This document shows, piece by piece, positions 41,818 to 51,364 of a DNA stretch of 56,413 bases. The position numbers and the translations under genes were made by a program. The notes beneath the pieces were generated by a model that was not told the origin of the DNA, ran no database searches, and worked only from the letters and a program-made list of their open reading frames with translations. The stretch comes from Ruminococcus sp. (lineage in GTDB: Bacteria > Bacillota > Clostridia > Oscillospirales > Ruminococcaceae). Within the stretch, counting starts at the first letter, position 1; each line of letters starts with the position of its first letter. Where the stretch lies: the NCBI GenBank assembly GCA_051893675.1, contig JBJFHO010000072.1:1-56413 (forward strand), in the 5' to 3' direction.

Positions 41818-44579
41818 GACCCATTCGCCTGACCATGTCCGCATTCGGCCCCTATGCAGGAGAAGTCCAGCTGGAACTGGAACAGCTGGGCACTCACGGA
41901 CTCTATCTCATTACCGGGGATACCGGTGCCGGAAAGACTACCATTTTTGATGCCATCACCTTTGCTCTCTATGGGGAAGCCAGCGGCGAAAACCGGGAAA
42001 GCTCCATGATGCGTTCCAAATATGCCCTGCCGGAAACGCCCACTTTTGTGGAACTGGAATTCCTCTACAGCGGCAAGCAGTACCGCATCCGCCGCAACCC
42101 GGAATATCTTCGCCCGGCAAAACGAGGCGGCGGTACTACCGTGGAAAAAGCCGATGCCGTTCTGGAATACCCGGATGGTCGTGTAGTCACCAAGACAAGG
42201 GAAGTCACTGCCGCTGTCCGGGAGATCATGGGCATCGACCGCAGTCAATTCACCCAGATTGCCATGATCGCTCAGGGGGATTTCCTGAAGCTTCTCCTGG
42301 CATCCACCGAAGAACGAAAAAGCATCTTCCGCCAGATTTTCCAGACCGGACGCTATCAGAAATTACAGGAACGGCTTCGCAGTGCACACAGCGCTTTACA
42401 ATCCCGGTATCAGGAATGCAAACGTGCCATGGGACAGTATTTGCAGCAGATACAGCCTCCGGAGGATCCGGCACAGGCGGCAACTCTTGTGCTGGCACAG
42501 CAGGACAGTCTGCCCCTGAGCGAGGCAATCGAACTGATCACCTGTATGCTCCAGACCGATCAGACAGCACAATCTGCGCTGAAACAACAGGCGGATGCCC
42601 TGCAAAAGTCCCATGCAAAAGCCATTGCACAACTGACACGGGCAAAGGAACTGGAACAGATACAGAACGCCCTGCGTGCCGGCATCTATGAGCGCCGTCA
42701 GCTTCTGGAAAAGCAGGCGCAGCAGCTGACGAAATTGCAGGCAGCACAGCAGGCGCTGGAGGAAAACGCAGCCGTTCCCGGACAGATCACACAGATCACC
42801 CAACAGCTGCCCCAATATGACGCATTGGAACAGAAAAGCCGCCAATTCCGGGAAAAACAGCGCCAGCTCCAGGCACTGGAAAGTACGGTACAGCAGCTGA
42901 AAGCACAGCAGTCCCAAATGCAGCAGAAGCTGACTCTTGCCCGTGGAGAACTGGAATCCCTTGCAGAAGCCGGCACGCAGTACGAAAAATACAATGCCCG
43001 GTATCAGAATACCGCAGAACAGCTGGAACGTCTGGAAAACCTGCGCCGGGAAATACAATCCCTCCAGACTGCGGCGGCAGAGCTGGCAAAAGCACAGGAA
43101 GATTACGTGAAGAAATCCGGAAAAGCACAGGCACTCCGGGAGGAATTCACCATCCAGAACCGTGCATTTCTGGATGAACAGGCAGGTATTCTCGCTGCAT
43201 CCCTGCAGGACGGCGTTCCCTGTCCCGTGTGCGGTGCCACATCCCATCCGCATCCGGCAAGTGCCTCGGCGCATGCTCCCAGCGAAGCGGAATTGCAGCG
43301 GCTCCGGGAAAAGAGTGACCGGGCACAGCAGCAGGCGGCAGAGGCAAGTGCAGAAGCAGGACGGCTCCGGGGTACAGAAGAAGCACTGGCGCAGCAGGTT
43401 GCCCAGATGGCAGCGGCACTGTTGGGAACACCTATTCCCGAAGATCTGCCGGCAGCGGTATCCCAAAAACAGACTGCAATACAGACAGAGCGTATCCGGC
43501 TGGAACAGGAAATGCAGCTGGAACAGCGCCGTATGGAACGGAAAGCTGTTCTCTCCCGACAGATTCCGGAACAGGCGGCTCAGCTGGAACAGCTCCAACA
43601 GAAATGTGCTGCATCGGAGCCGCAGGTCATCCGGCTGCAAACGGAACTGGAAAACGAGAACACAGCTGTAGAGCAGCTGCGCAGTTCCCTGCCCTACGCC
43701 AGCCGTACCGAGGCAGAACAGGCAACGGCTGCTTTGAAGAAAACATATGAACAATTACAGGCGGCACAGGACAATGCCGGAAAGCTATACCAGAAGCTCA
43801 CCGACCAGCTCCACACCCTGGACGGACAGATCCAGGCACTGCAAAAGCAGCTGGACGAAGCGGAGCCAATTGTGCCGGAAGAAGTGCAAAAGATGGTACA
43901 GGAGCTGGAGGAAAAGCGGCGTACTCTGGAGGAAAACCAGAAGCATCTGCATTTCCGGCTGCATACCAACCGCCATGCCCTGGAACAAATTCAGGCACAG
44001 GCGGCGCAGTGTACGGAACTGGAGCAGCAGATCATGCAGATCGGTGCACTGGCGGATACGGCAAACGGTACACTGGGCGGCAAGGAAAAGATCATGCTGG
44101 AGACCTTTGTGCAGATGACACAGTTCGACCGGATTCTCATGCGTGCCAACACACGGCTTATGATCATGTCCGGCAACCAGTACGAGCTGAAACGCCGGAC
44201 TTCGGCTGGAAATATGCGCAGCCAGAGCGGTCTGGATCTGGATGTCATTGACCATTACAACGGCTCGGAGCGCAGCGTCAAGACACTTTCCGGCGGCGAG
44301 GCATTCCAGGCATCCCTGTCCCTGGCGCTGGGACTGTCGGACGAGATACAGTCCAGTGCCGGCGGCATACAGCTGGATACCATGTTTGTGGACGAGGGAT
44401 TCGGCGCACTGGATGAGGATGCGCTGGAGCAAGCCATCCGTGCTCTCACGGGACTTGCCACCCAGAACCGGTTGGTGGGAATTATTTCCCATGTATCGGA
44501 GCTGAAAGAAAAGGTGGACAAACAGATCGTTGTCACAAAAGACCGCACCGGCGGCAGCCGGGTGGAGATCATCCGATAG
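41814..44579 (+). CDS. sbcC: Exonuclease SbcCD subunit C (Rad50-like)
   Basis: GDTGAGKTT, coiled coil with CPVCG zinc hook, LSGGE, FVDEGFG, IISH. Confidence 0.95.
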   Translation: MRPIRLTMSAFGPYAGEVQLELEQLGTHGLYLITGDTGAGKTTIFDAITFALYGEASGENRESSMMRSKYALPETPTFVELEFLYSGKQYRIRRNPEYLRPAKRGGGTTVEKADAVLEYPDGRVVTKTREVTAAVREIMGIDRSQFTQIAMIAQGDFLKLLLASTEERKSIFRQIFQTGRYQKLQERLRSAHSALQSRYQECKRAMGQYLQQIQPPEDPAQAATLVLAQQDSLPLSEAIELITCMLQTDQTAQSALKQQADALQKSHAKAIAQLTRAKELEQIQNALRAGIYERRQLLEKQAQQLTKLQAAQQALEENAAVPGQITQITQQLPQYDALEQKSRQFREKQRQLQALESTVQQLKAQQSQMQQKLTLARGELESLAEAGTQYEKYNARYQNTAEQLERLENLRREIQSLQTAAAELAKAQEDYVKKSGKAQALREEFTIQNRAFLDEQAGILAASLQDGVPCPVCGATSHPHPASASAHAPSEAELQRLREKSDRAQQQAAEASAEAGRLRGTEEALAQQVAQMAAALLGTPIPEDLPAAVSQKQTAIQTERIRLEQEMQLEQRRMERKAVLSRQIPEQAAQLEQLQQKCAASEPQVIRLQTELENENTAVEQLRSSLPYASRTEAEQATAALKKTYEQLQAAQDNAGKLYQKLTDQLHTLDGQIQALQKQLDEAEPIVPEEVQKMVQELEEKRRTLEENQKHLHFRLHTNRHALEQIQAQAAQCTELEQQIMQIGALADTANGTLGGKEKIMLETFVQMTQFDRILMRANTRLMIMSGNQYELKRRTSAGNMRSQSGLDLDVIDHYNGSERSVKTLSGGEAFQASLSLALGLSDEIQSSAGGIQLDTMFVDEGFGALDEDALEQAIRALTGLATQNRLVGIISHVSELKEKVDKQIVVTKDRTGGSRVEIIR

Positions 44580-44583
44580 CACA

Positions 44584-44627
44584 AAAAACCGGACAGAACG
44601 GAAAAAAGTTCCGCCTGTCCGGTTTTT
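44584..44627. terminator. Bidirectional terminator
   Basis: AAAAAACCGGACAG...CTGTCCGGTTTTT. Confidence 0.75.
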
Positions 44628-44646
44628 GTTTTCATGGTGAAGTCAT

Positions 44647-45741
44647 TCAGAATATACTGCTCCAATCCGGCGCATCCCCCACAGAAGCCGCCGCATAATA
44701 ACAGAGAATAGTATAAGCATCATCACCGTTTACAACGCCGTCCCCATTCACATCCCCGGCGCAGAATGCAGCCGCTTCGGCGAATTTGTCGGCATCAGGT
44801 GCAGTGAGCTTTGCATCCTCCTTGCCCACGGACTGCTCTGCGTAGTAAGCAAGGGCACGGTAGGCGTCATCTGCATTTACAGTGCCGTCATTGTCGATAT
44901 CGCCGTAGGCATCCGGGTCGGCGACACGGGTGAGGGTGTAGGTGGTCGTAACAGGTCTGATATAATCCTGCATTGAAAATGACAAAACAGCGCAGCTTAC
45001 ACCATCTATTTTCTGTAGTTCTTTTGAGAGACGGAAAAGAGACTCGATCTTTGCCGCATTATATTCGTCCCGTGAACCAGTTACCGGCGGTTCTTCCAAT
45101 CCCAAATCAAGCCGAACACAATAATATAAGCACTCAGATGTTTTTTCCTCCACTGCAGTCACTTCAGGAATGGAAGAAAAATCCTCTAAGGTTAAAATCG
45201 TATCTGGCTCTGGAAATACGACAAACGCTTCATCGCCCCACAAAAAAGAATTTTCTCGTGTTTTTATAGCACACATTGCATAGACATCCGTGACACCCTC
45301 CGTCTGATACAAGCTGGCTGCATCCGTCACATCTGTCACAACAATCGTATTTTCATCGAATTCGAAGTAATCAAACACGCCTTTTCCCCAAGGCAGAATT
45401 TCTTGTCCTCTGTAAGGGCTATTACTTATCAATTCGCCGCTTTCCTCATCCGCTGCCCAATTCAGTTCCGGTTCAATCACATTCCATTCTTCGGGCACTG
45501 CTGTACCTTCTTCCAGTGTGACAGCATAATACGATGTCTCTGTCTGTTCCCAATAATAGCAGTGATCATCTGCACGCATGGTCAGATATTCATTTTCTGC
45601 TACGTCATAGTATGTAATGGTATCCTCTGTTTCCTCTACAACTTTGATTTCCTGTACCGCAGATACCGGAAACGTCATACAAGTGAGCATACTCAATGAA
45701 ACAGCAGATGCGATGATTGGCGTTATCCTTCCTTTTTTCAT
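44647..45741 (-). CDS. Secreted unknown-domain protein with C-terminal dockerin (paralogue 2)
   Basis: Signal peptide; GDIDNDGTVNADDAYRALAYYA...GDVNGDGVVNGDDAYTILCYYA. Confidence 0.8.
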   Translation of the reverse strand: MKKGRITPIIASAVSLSMLTCMTFPVSAVQEIKVVEETEDTITYYDVAENEYLTMRADDHCYYWEQTETSYYAVTLEEGTAVPEEWNVIEPELNWAADEESGELISNSPYRGQEILPWGKGVFDYFEFDENTIVVTDVTDAASLYQTEGVTDVYAMCAIKTRENSFLWGDEAFVVFPEPDTILTLEDFSSIPEVTAVEEKTSECLYYCVRLDLGLEEPPVTGSRDEYNAAKIESLFRLSKELQKIDGVSCAVLSFSMQDYIRPVTTTYTLTRVADPDAYGDIDNDGTVNADDAYRALAYYAEQSVGKEDAKLTAPDADKFAEAAAFCAGDVNGDGVVNGDDAYTILCYYAAASVGDAPDWSSIF

Positions 45742-45762
45742 AAATATCACCTTTCCCCTCAA

Positions 45763-46830
45763 TTAAAGAACGTCATTCCACTCCGGCGCATCCCCCACAG
45801 AAGCCGCCGCATAATAACAGAGAATAATATAAGCATCATCGCCGTTTACAACGCCGTCCCCATTCACATCCCCGGCGCAGAACGCAGCCGCTTCGGCGAA
45901 TTTGTCGGCATCGGGTGCAGTGAGCTTTGCATCCTCTTTGCCCACGGATTGCTCTGCGTAATAGGCAAGGACACGGTAGGCGTCATCTGCATTGACAGTG
46001 CCGTCATTGTCGATATCGCCGTAAGCATCCGGATCGGCGACACGTGCAAGAGTGTAGGTGGTAGGGGTAGTTACGTAAATCGCAGGTATGGTACACTCCG
46101 GTATTGCACAATCCACATTCTCTACCTGCTGCATCCGCTTTATTGTATCGAAAAATTCCGCTGTCTGCTCGCTGGACTCTGTCGAGCTCCCGGAAAAACC
46201 ATTATCCACGCTGACCTCATATATAACCTGCGTGCCACTTGACATTTCGAAAGGCACTTCACTGACTTCGTTTACCTCCGGAACAAGCGAAAAATCTTCC
46301 AGCGTCAAAGTGATGTCCGGCTTTACAAACACAGAAAAACGACCTGTGCCAAAGTTTGTATTCATCGTTACAATACCGCACATCTGATATACGCCTGTTA
46401 CTCCGTCTGTTTCATACAGCTTTTGTGGATTGATCACATTTTCCAGCACAACCAGATTTTCATCAAATTCTGACAGCGCAAAGGTATTCGCCTGAAATCC
46501 CAGATAACGGCTCAAGTCAATGTTATCATACCCTGCCAGTTCCAGTTCAACAGTGCTCCAGTCCTCCGGCACAGCTGTTCCCTCATCCAGAGTCACAGCG
46601 TAATACTCTGCATCCCGCTCATCCCAGTAGAAACAGTTGTTGTCGGCACTGACTGTACAATAGTCATAGTCCAAACCGCCCAGCTGAAATGTGATAAAGT
46701 CCTCTGTTTCCTCCATGATCTTGTACTCATCACCGTAGGCAGCAGAAGCCGGCACAGCCGCACTGAATATACAGCAGAACGAAACTGCTGCGACGAGCAT
46801 CCCTGCAAAATACTTTCTTTCCTTTTTCAT
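45763..46830 (-). CDS. Secreted unknown-domain protein with C-terminal dockerin (paralogue 3)
   Basis: Signal peptide; YYAVTLDEGTAVPEDW closely matches paralogue 2; dockerin nearly identical to paralogue 2. Confidence 0.8.
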   Translation of the reverse strand: MKKERKYFAGMLVAAVSFCCIFSAAVPASAAYGDEYKIMEETEDFITFQLGGLDYDYCTVSADNNCFYWDERDAEYYAVTLDEGTAVPEDWSTVELELAGYDNIDLSRYLGFQANTFALSEFDENLVVLENVINPQKLYETDGVTGVYQMCGIVTMNTNFGTGRFSVFVKPDITLTLEDFSLVPEVNEVSEVPFEMSSGTQVIYEVSVDNGFSGSSTESSEQTAEFFDTIKRMQQVENVDCAIPECTIPAIYVTTPTTYTLARVADPDAYGDIDNDGTVNADDAYRVLAYYAEQSVGKEDAKLTAPDADKFAEAAAFCAGDVNGDGVVNGDDAYIILCYYAAASVGDAPEWNDVL

Positions 46831-46905
46831 AAAAATCACCTTTGTCCTTTCTGGATATCATATCCATTAAATCAAACGATTCTGTAAATAAAATCGTCCC
46901 TCATG

Positions 46906-47000
46906 AAGTCAATCTCCCAAATTGACTTTCTATTTAAAATATAGCATATTTCGTTTCATTTGTCAACACTCAACATGGAAAATTGTCACTTTGCACAAAT
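46906..47000 (-). promoter_or_regulatory. Promoter and palindromes upstream of the dockerin pair
   Basis: TTGACA (46966-46961), 17 bp, TATATT (TG-extended); AAGTCAAT-N7-ATTGACTT (46906-46928); TCACTTTGCACAAAT (46986-47000). Confidence 0.6.
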
Positions 47001-47092
47001 ACGTTCTATTGCATATCCGCCTGTTTTCGGTGCAGAGCCAACCGTCCCACAGTTCCCACGTTCACCCGGTCTGCCGATACATACTGCACGCC

Positions 47093-47884
47093 TCAATCCC
47101 ACCAGAAATACCACACCGTAGATTGCTCCAGTCCTTTCGCCAGTGCCGGAACAGAGCCTACGCCCTGGTACACGATATCCTCGCAAAACATGAACTGTTC
47201 CCGGGCAAGTTCCATCGCTGCTTCTTCTCCCACCGGATGCAGCACATACAGTTCCAGTGTATCATGCCCGATACAACCCGGCACTGCGCCGTATTTCTCG
47301 TACCAATGCTTGAGGACTGCCATGGCATCCTCCGGCATCGGGCAGGCATTCCAGCCGCCAAAGGGTACCCACGCCATCACTTCCCATGGATTTTTCGTAG
47401 GTATCTCCGCCAGAAGCACCGGCGCCTGTTGCAGCGGATTCATCCGCAAGGACAAAAAACGATGTGCAGCCTCTGCCTTTTCCGGTACAGGTTCCGTCAG
47501 CACCTGCAATCCCTCCGGAGCAATGCTGCGCAGCTCTGTTTCCCATTGTGTGAACATCTGTTCCAGCCATGCCTTGCCATCCAGCTGCGCCGGAATTTCC
47601 ACATGACTCTGTCCCTCCGGCAGATTTTCCTCCATCATCTCCAGCAGCAAGTCATCGCAGATAATCAGAACCGGCGTGAAGCCCTGTTGTTTTCCACGTT
47701 CCAGCGCCTCCAGGTATGCATCCCACATATCTTCCAGATCAATAAGCTCCTCCGCCTGGGGCAATTCCATCACAGGGCATTGCAGCATAGCACCAATCTG
47801 CCGGGCAATGGTCAGCTCCGGTGATTCCGCCGGAAACGGCTGAGGTTCTTCGTCTTTTTGAAACAGATTCTTGAAAAATGACAT
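47093..47884 (-). CDS. DUF4253 domain protein
   Basis: PWEVMAWVPFGGWNACP, WYEKYGA, C-terminal WYFWWD. Confidence 0.8.
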   Translation of the reverse strand: MSFFKNLFQKDEEPQPFPAESPELTIARQIGAMLQCPVMELPQAEELIDLEDMWDAYLEALERGKQQGFTPVLIICDDLLLEMMEENLPEGQSHVEIPAQLDGKAWLEQMFTQWETELRSIAPEGLQVLTEPVPEKAEAAHRFLSLRMNPLQQAPVLLAEIPTKNPWEVMAWVPFGGWNACPMPEDAMAVLKHWYEKYGAVPGCIGHDTLELYVLHPVGEEAAMELAREQFMFCEDIVYQGVGSVPALAKGLEQSTVWYFWWD

Positions 47885-47913
47885 GATAATTTTCCTTTCT
47901 GATCTATATTTAA

Positions 47914-47968
47914 TTCGTGAGCGCAGCGAACACCGCCATTCCTCATTCCTAACGCCTCATTCCTCATT
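47914..47968. repeat. Heptamer + hairpin element, copy C (contains the trmO stop codon)
   Basis: TTCGTGAGCGCAGCGAACACCGCC-ATTCCTC ATTCCTA ACGCCTC ATTCCTC ATT. Confidence 0.75.
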
Positions 47969-48635
47969 GCAAACGTTCCACGCCGCACACAGTCAGCACA
48001 TCGTTATGAACGGTGAACTTAACTTCCAGGTCAGCGAAGCGGAAGCCATACACACGTTCCGGGTCATGCTGATAGGAAGGGCGTGGATCCTGAGCGAGCA
48101 CCTGGGTCAATCCCTCTTGCAAATGGGGCGGCACCTGTTCCAGCCACACTGCCGGGAAGACGACTTCCAGCTCATGCGTTGCCGCATCCACAGCAAAGCC
48201 GCCCTTTGCCTCAGGGTGACTGTCAATATGGGGCAGGTAGGGCTTAATATCATAAATTGGCGTACCGTCCATGAGATCTGCGCCGGAGACTACCAGAAAA
48301 GGTGCCTTGTTCCCATGGAGAACGATTTCATCCAGCTGCACCACAGAAAGCCCGATGGGATTGGGGCGAAATGGCGAGCGAGTTGCAAAGACGCCCATCC
48401 GGGTATTGCCGCCCAGTCTTGGCGGACGAACGGTAGGCGACCAGTTTTCCCGAATCGCTTCGGAGAACTGCCAGATAAGCCAGATATGGGAGAAGTCCTC
48501 CAGTCCCCGGAACGCATCGGGATTGCGGTAGGGCGGTTCAAACACGATCCGGGAGGGCAGCTGCACCAGACCGCTCTGCCGGGGAATGCCGAACTTTGTG
48601 GGGAAAACGTTTTCAATATGGGCGATAATTTTCAT
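47964..48635 (-). CDS. trmO: tRNA (m6t6A37) methyltransferase TrmO/TsaA
   Basis: KFGIPRQ, VRPPRLGGN, GVFATRSPFRPNPIGLS, DGTPIYDIKPY, DPRP. Confidence 0.93.
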   Translation of the reverse strand: MKIIAHIENVFPTKFGIPRQSGLVQLPSRIVFEPPYRNPDAFRGLEDFSHIWLIWQFSEAIRENWSPTVRPPRLGGNTRMGVFATRSPFRPNPIGLSVVQLDEIVLHGNKAPFLVVSGADLMDGTPIYDIKPYLPHIDSHPEAKGGFAVDAATHELEVVFPAVWLEQVPPHLQEGLTQVLAQDPRPSYQHDPERVYGFRFADLEVKFTVHNDVLTVCGVERLQ

Positions 48636-48757
48636 GAGGTGCTCCTTTCTGGTGGTTTTGTTTCATCATAGCACATTTTCGGGGAAATGTCCAGCAGGCA
48701 GAAAAAGAGCGCACCGGATCGGCACGCTCTTTGGGTGGATTTGGTTGTGGTGATTGG

Positions 48758-50809
48758 TTATGCCAGCAGTTTCTGGCGAAGCAGGGCAAGGTCGAAGCCG
48801 TTGACAGCGCCGTCGGCGTTCAGGTCGGCGAGGTTGTATTGGGCTTCGGTTAGGGTGGCTTGGTTCAGGAGGTATTTTTGGAGGAGGACGGCGTCGGCGG
48901 TGGTGAGGGTGGAGTCGGAGTTGAGGTCGCCGGGAACAGAAGCTGATTTCTCAATATCAAACGTTACAACATTACTCATTACAACATTTCCGTCTACTAC
49001 TGTATCAAGATATGCTTCATAATGTCCTTCTGGAAACACCATGCTAAATGAGGTGTCTTTAATATCCCATTCAATGTGATAGGTATCCCCTTCCCAATAT
49101 GTGCCATTCCAAATTTTCAAATCATATCTTGTTGCATTTGGTACATCATTCCATGAGAAAACAGTTTTGGATAAAGAATCCCCAGGTTCAACTTTTAATG
49201 GCGTACCATCTCTGATATCAAATGTCACTACATTACTCATTACAACGTTTCCATTTACAACTGTATCCAAGTATGCTTCATAATGCCCTTCTGGAAATAC
49301 CATGCTAAATGATGTGTCTTTGATATCCCATTCAATATGATAAGTATCGCCTATCCAATATGTTCCATTCCAGATTTTTAAATCATATCTTGTTGCATTG
49401 GGAACATTATTCCATGAAAATACAGTTTCTGATGTTGAGTATCCAGGCATAACATTTAATGGTGTACCACTTTTCACGTCAAATGTCACCACATTACTCA
49501 TTATCACATTTCCATCTATAACAGTATCCAAGTATGCTTCATAATGTCCCTCTGGGAAAATCATACTAAATGATGTATCTTTTACATCCCATTCGATGTG
49601 GTAAGCATCCCCAACCCAATATGTTCCGTTCCAGATCTTTATATCATATCTTGTTGCATTGGGTACATCGTTCCATAAAAATACAGTTTCAGAAGTGGAA
49701 TACCCCGGGACAACGCTTAATGGTGTACCGCCATTTACATCAAACGATACCACATTACTCATTACTATATCCCCATTGACAATGGTATCCAGATATCCTT
49801 CATAATGCCCTTCCGGAAAAATCATACTAAATGATGTGCCTTTGACATCCCATTCAATATGATATGCGTCTCCTTCCCAGTATGTCCCATTCCAGATTTT
49901 TAAATCATATCTCGTGGCATTTGGAACAGCATTCCATGAAAAGACAGTTTCAGTTGTGGAAAGTCCAGCATTAACAGTTAAATATGTTTCATCTTTTACT
50001 GTAAAAGACACAACATTACTCATTTGCACACTATCATCAATACAAAGGTCAATATATGCTTCATAATAACCAGATGGCAAGGTCACTCTGAAACTATCTC
50101 CTGTAATTCCCCATTCGCTATAATACGCATCTCCATCCCAATATGTTCCATTCCATATCTTTAAATTATAGCTGGCTCCATCCACTTTGTTCCATGAGAA
50201 TATTGTATCTGTTAATGATGTTCCGGCTGTTACACTTAAAGATGAGGAGGGAATGACATTTCCATATCTAAAAATCCCACTCCAACTCCCATAAAATGAA
50301 CCAACAGAAACTTCTGTTCCTGTTTGGTCACCAGGCTGTGGATATCCACGATCACTGTGTGCACCAACATTCTGATTGTTACCGATATAAATTTCTGTAT
50401 GCCCATTTCTCCAGAGAATGTCACCGCGCTGTAAATTAGAAACACTTCCGATTTGACTCCATGATATATATGTGAATCCATATTTCGGCAGAATATTAGG
50501 CATGGTAGCTGTCGTAAACGCAGAACCAGAGTATATTCCTGCATAAGACAATGCGTAAGAAACTAACGAAGAACAATCGTAGTCCGGACCATTTCGATTC
50601 GCCTGACTGTATCCGTGTGAATCATCATTTGCAATATCAATTGCCCACTGTACTGCGGTTTCCATTTGTGGAGATATTGCGCTCGCCTCCAGTTGTAAAA
50701 ACATATTTTTGAAAGATGATCCCGAACACATCCCCAACATCATCACCACCGCAACCATCGCCGCAGTCCACTTCATAAACCACTGTTTCTGCCTTTGCAT
50801 CATTCTCAT
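48758..50809 (-). CDS. Secreted NlpC/P60-type peptidoglycan hydrolase with five 87-aa FN3-like repeats and C-terminal dockerin
   Basis: Signal peptide; GYSQANRNGPDYDCSSLV, GDIL, GHTEIYIG (Cys-His); repeats with a 261-bp period; GDLNSDSTLTTADAVLLQKYL...ADLNADGAVNGFDLALLRQKL. Confidence 0.85.
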   Translation of the reverse strand: MRMMQRQKQWFMKWTAAMVAVVMMLGMCSGSSFKNMFLQLEASAISPQMETAVQWAIDIANDDSHGYSQANRNGPDYDCSSLVSYALSYAGIYSGSAFTTATMPNILPKYGFTYISWSQIGSVSNLQRGDILWRNGHTEIYIGNNQNVGAHSDRGYPQPGDQTGTEVSVGSFYGSWSGIFRYGNVIPSSSLSVTAGTSLTDTIFSWNKVDGASYNLKIWNGTYWDGDAYYSEWGITGDSFRVTLPSGYYEAYIDLCIDDSVQMSNVVSFTVKDETYLTVNAGLSTTETVFSWNAVPNATRYDLKIWNGTYWEGDAYHIEWDVKGTSFSMIFPEGHYEGYLDTIVNGDIVMSNVVSFDVNGGTPLSVVPGYSTSETVFLWNDVPNATRYDIKIWNGTYWVGDAYHIEWDVKDTSFSMIFPEGHYEAYLDTVIDGNVIMSNVVTFDVKSGTPLNVMPGYSTSETVFSWNNVPNATRYDLKIWNGTYWIGDTYHIEWDIKDTSFSMVFPEGHYEAYLDTVVNGNVVMSNVVTFDIRDGTPLKVEPGDSLSKTVFSWNDVPNATRYDLKIWNGTYWEGDTYHIEWDIKDTSFSMVFPEGHYEAYLDTVVDGNVVMSNVVTFDIEKSASVPGDLNSDSTLTTADAVLLQKYLLNQATLTEAQYNLADLNADGAVNGFDLALLRQKLLA

Positions 50810-50839
50810 AAAAAATCAACTCCTTTCGCATTTCAGGAA

Positions 50840-50920
50840 TAATCACATCTGACTATTCTTATAATATTATAACCTATTTAGATTGAAATGTCAATGCTTT
50901 TTAGTCATATGTGATAAAAT
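50840..50920. promoter_or_regulatory. Divergent promoter region with paired TCA-N4-TGA operators
   Basis: Minus TTGACA (50894-50889)-17-TATAAT (50871-50866); TAATCACATCTGACTA (50840-50855) and TAGTCATATGTGATAA (50902-50917); plus TGaTAAAAT. Confidence 0.65.
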
Positions 50921-50943
50921 TTTCTGAGAAAGGAGTGGCGTAT

Positions 50944-51303
50944 ATGGCTTTTTACCAACGAATCCGGGATTTGCGGGAGGATGCGGACAAAACACAGACC
51001 GATATTGCACAATATCTGGGCACAACGGCGCAGTATTACGGCAAGTACGAAAAAGGAGAGCGTGAGATTCCATTTCTGCGTGCCATCCAGCTGGCGGAAT
51101 ATTATGACGTCAGCCTGGACTATCTCGCCGGGCGCACCAATTTTCCCAAGGGCAAAGACAATTTGCCCTTTCAGGAGGATGCACTGCACATTCTGGAAAA
51201 ATACGCCACCCTCACCGAACGCAACAAAGGCAGACTGGAACAATTTCTGGACGATCTCTGCGAACAGCAGGGCGAGGATACCTTTCGCCAAAAAGAAGCC
51301 TGA
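50944..51303 (+). CDS. XRE-family HTH transcriptional regulator
   Basis: RIRDLREDADKTQTDIAQYL...YEKGEREIP...VSLDYLAGRT; SD GAAAGGAG. Confidence 0.9.
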   Translation: MAFYQRIRDLREDADKTQTDIAQYLGTTAQYYGKYEKGEREIPFLRAIQLAEYYDVSLDYLAGRTNFPKGKDNLPFQEDALHILEKYATLTERNKGRLEQFLDDLCEQQGEDTFRQKEA

Positions 51304-51364
51304 TGACACTTTCCCGGAAATAGCAAAAGAGCGTGCCAGAACCAGCACGCTCTTTCTATTTTTT

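Noticed and set aside
40678-44579. SbcCD as a novel anti-phage SMC system
   Set aside because: Canonical motifs and host-like composition; ordinary repair genes
44661-46062. Diversity-generating retroelement TR/VR pair
   Set aside because: Both copies are coding, mismatches are mostly synonymous and not adenine-specific, and there is no reverse transcriptase in the window
48758-51303. Prophage remnant (XRE + lysin)
   Set aside because: No integrase, structural or holin genes; the hydrolase has a Sec signal peptide and a dockerin
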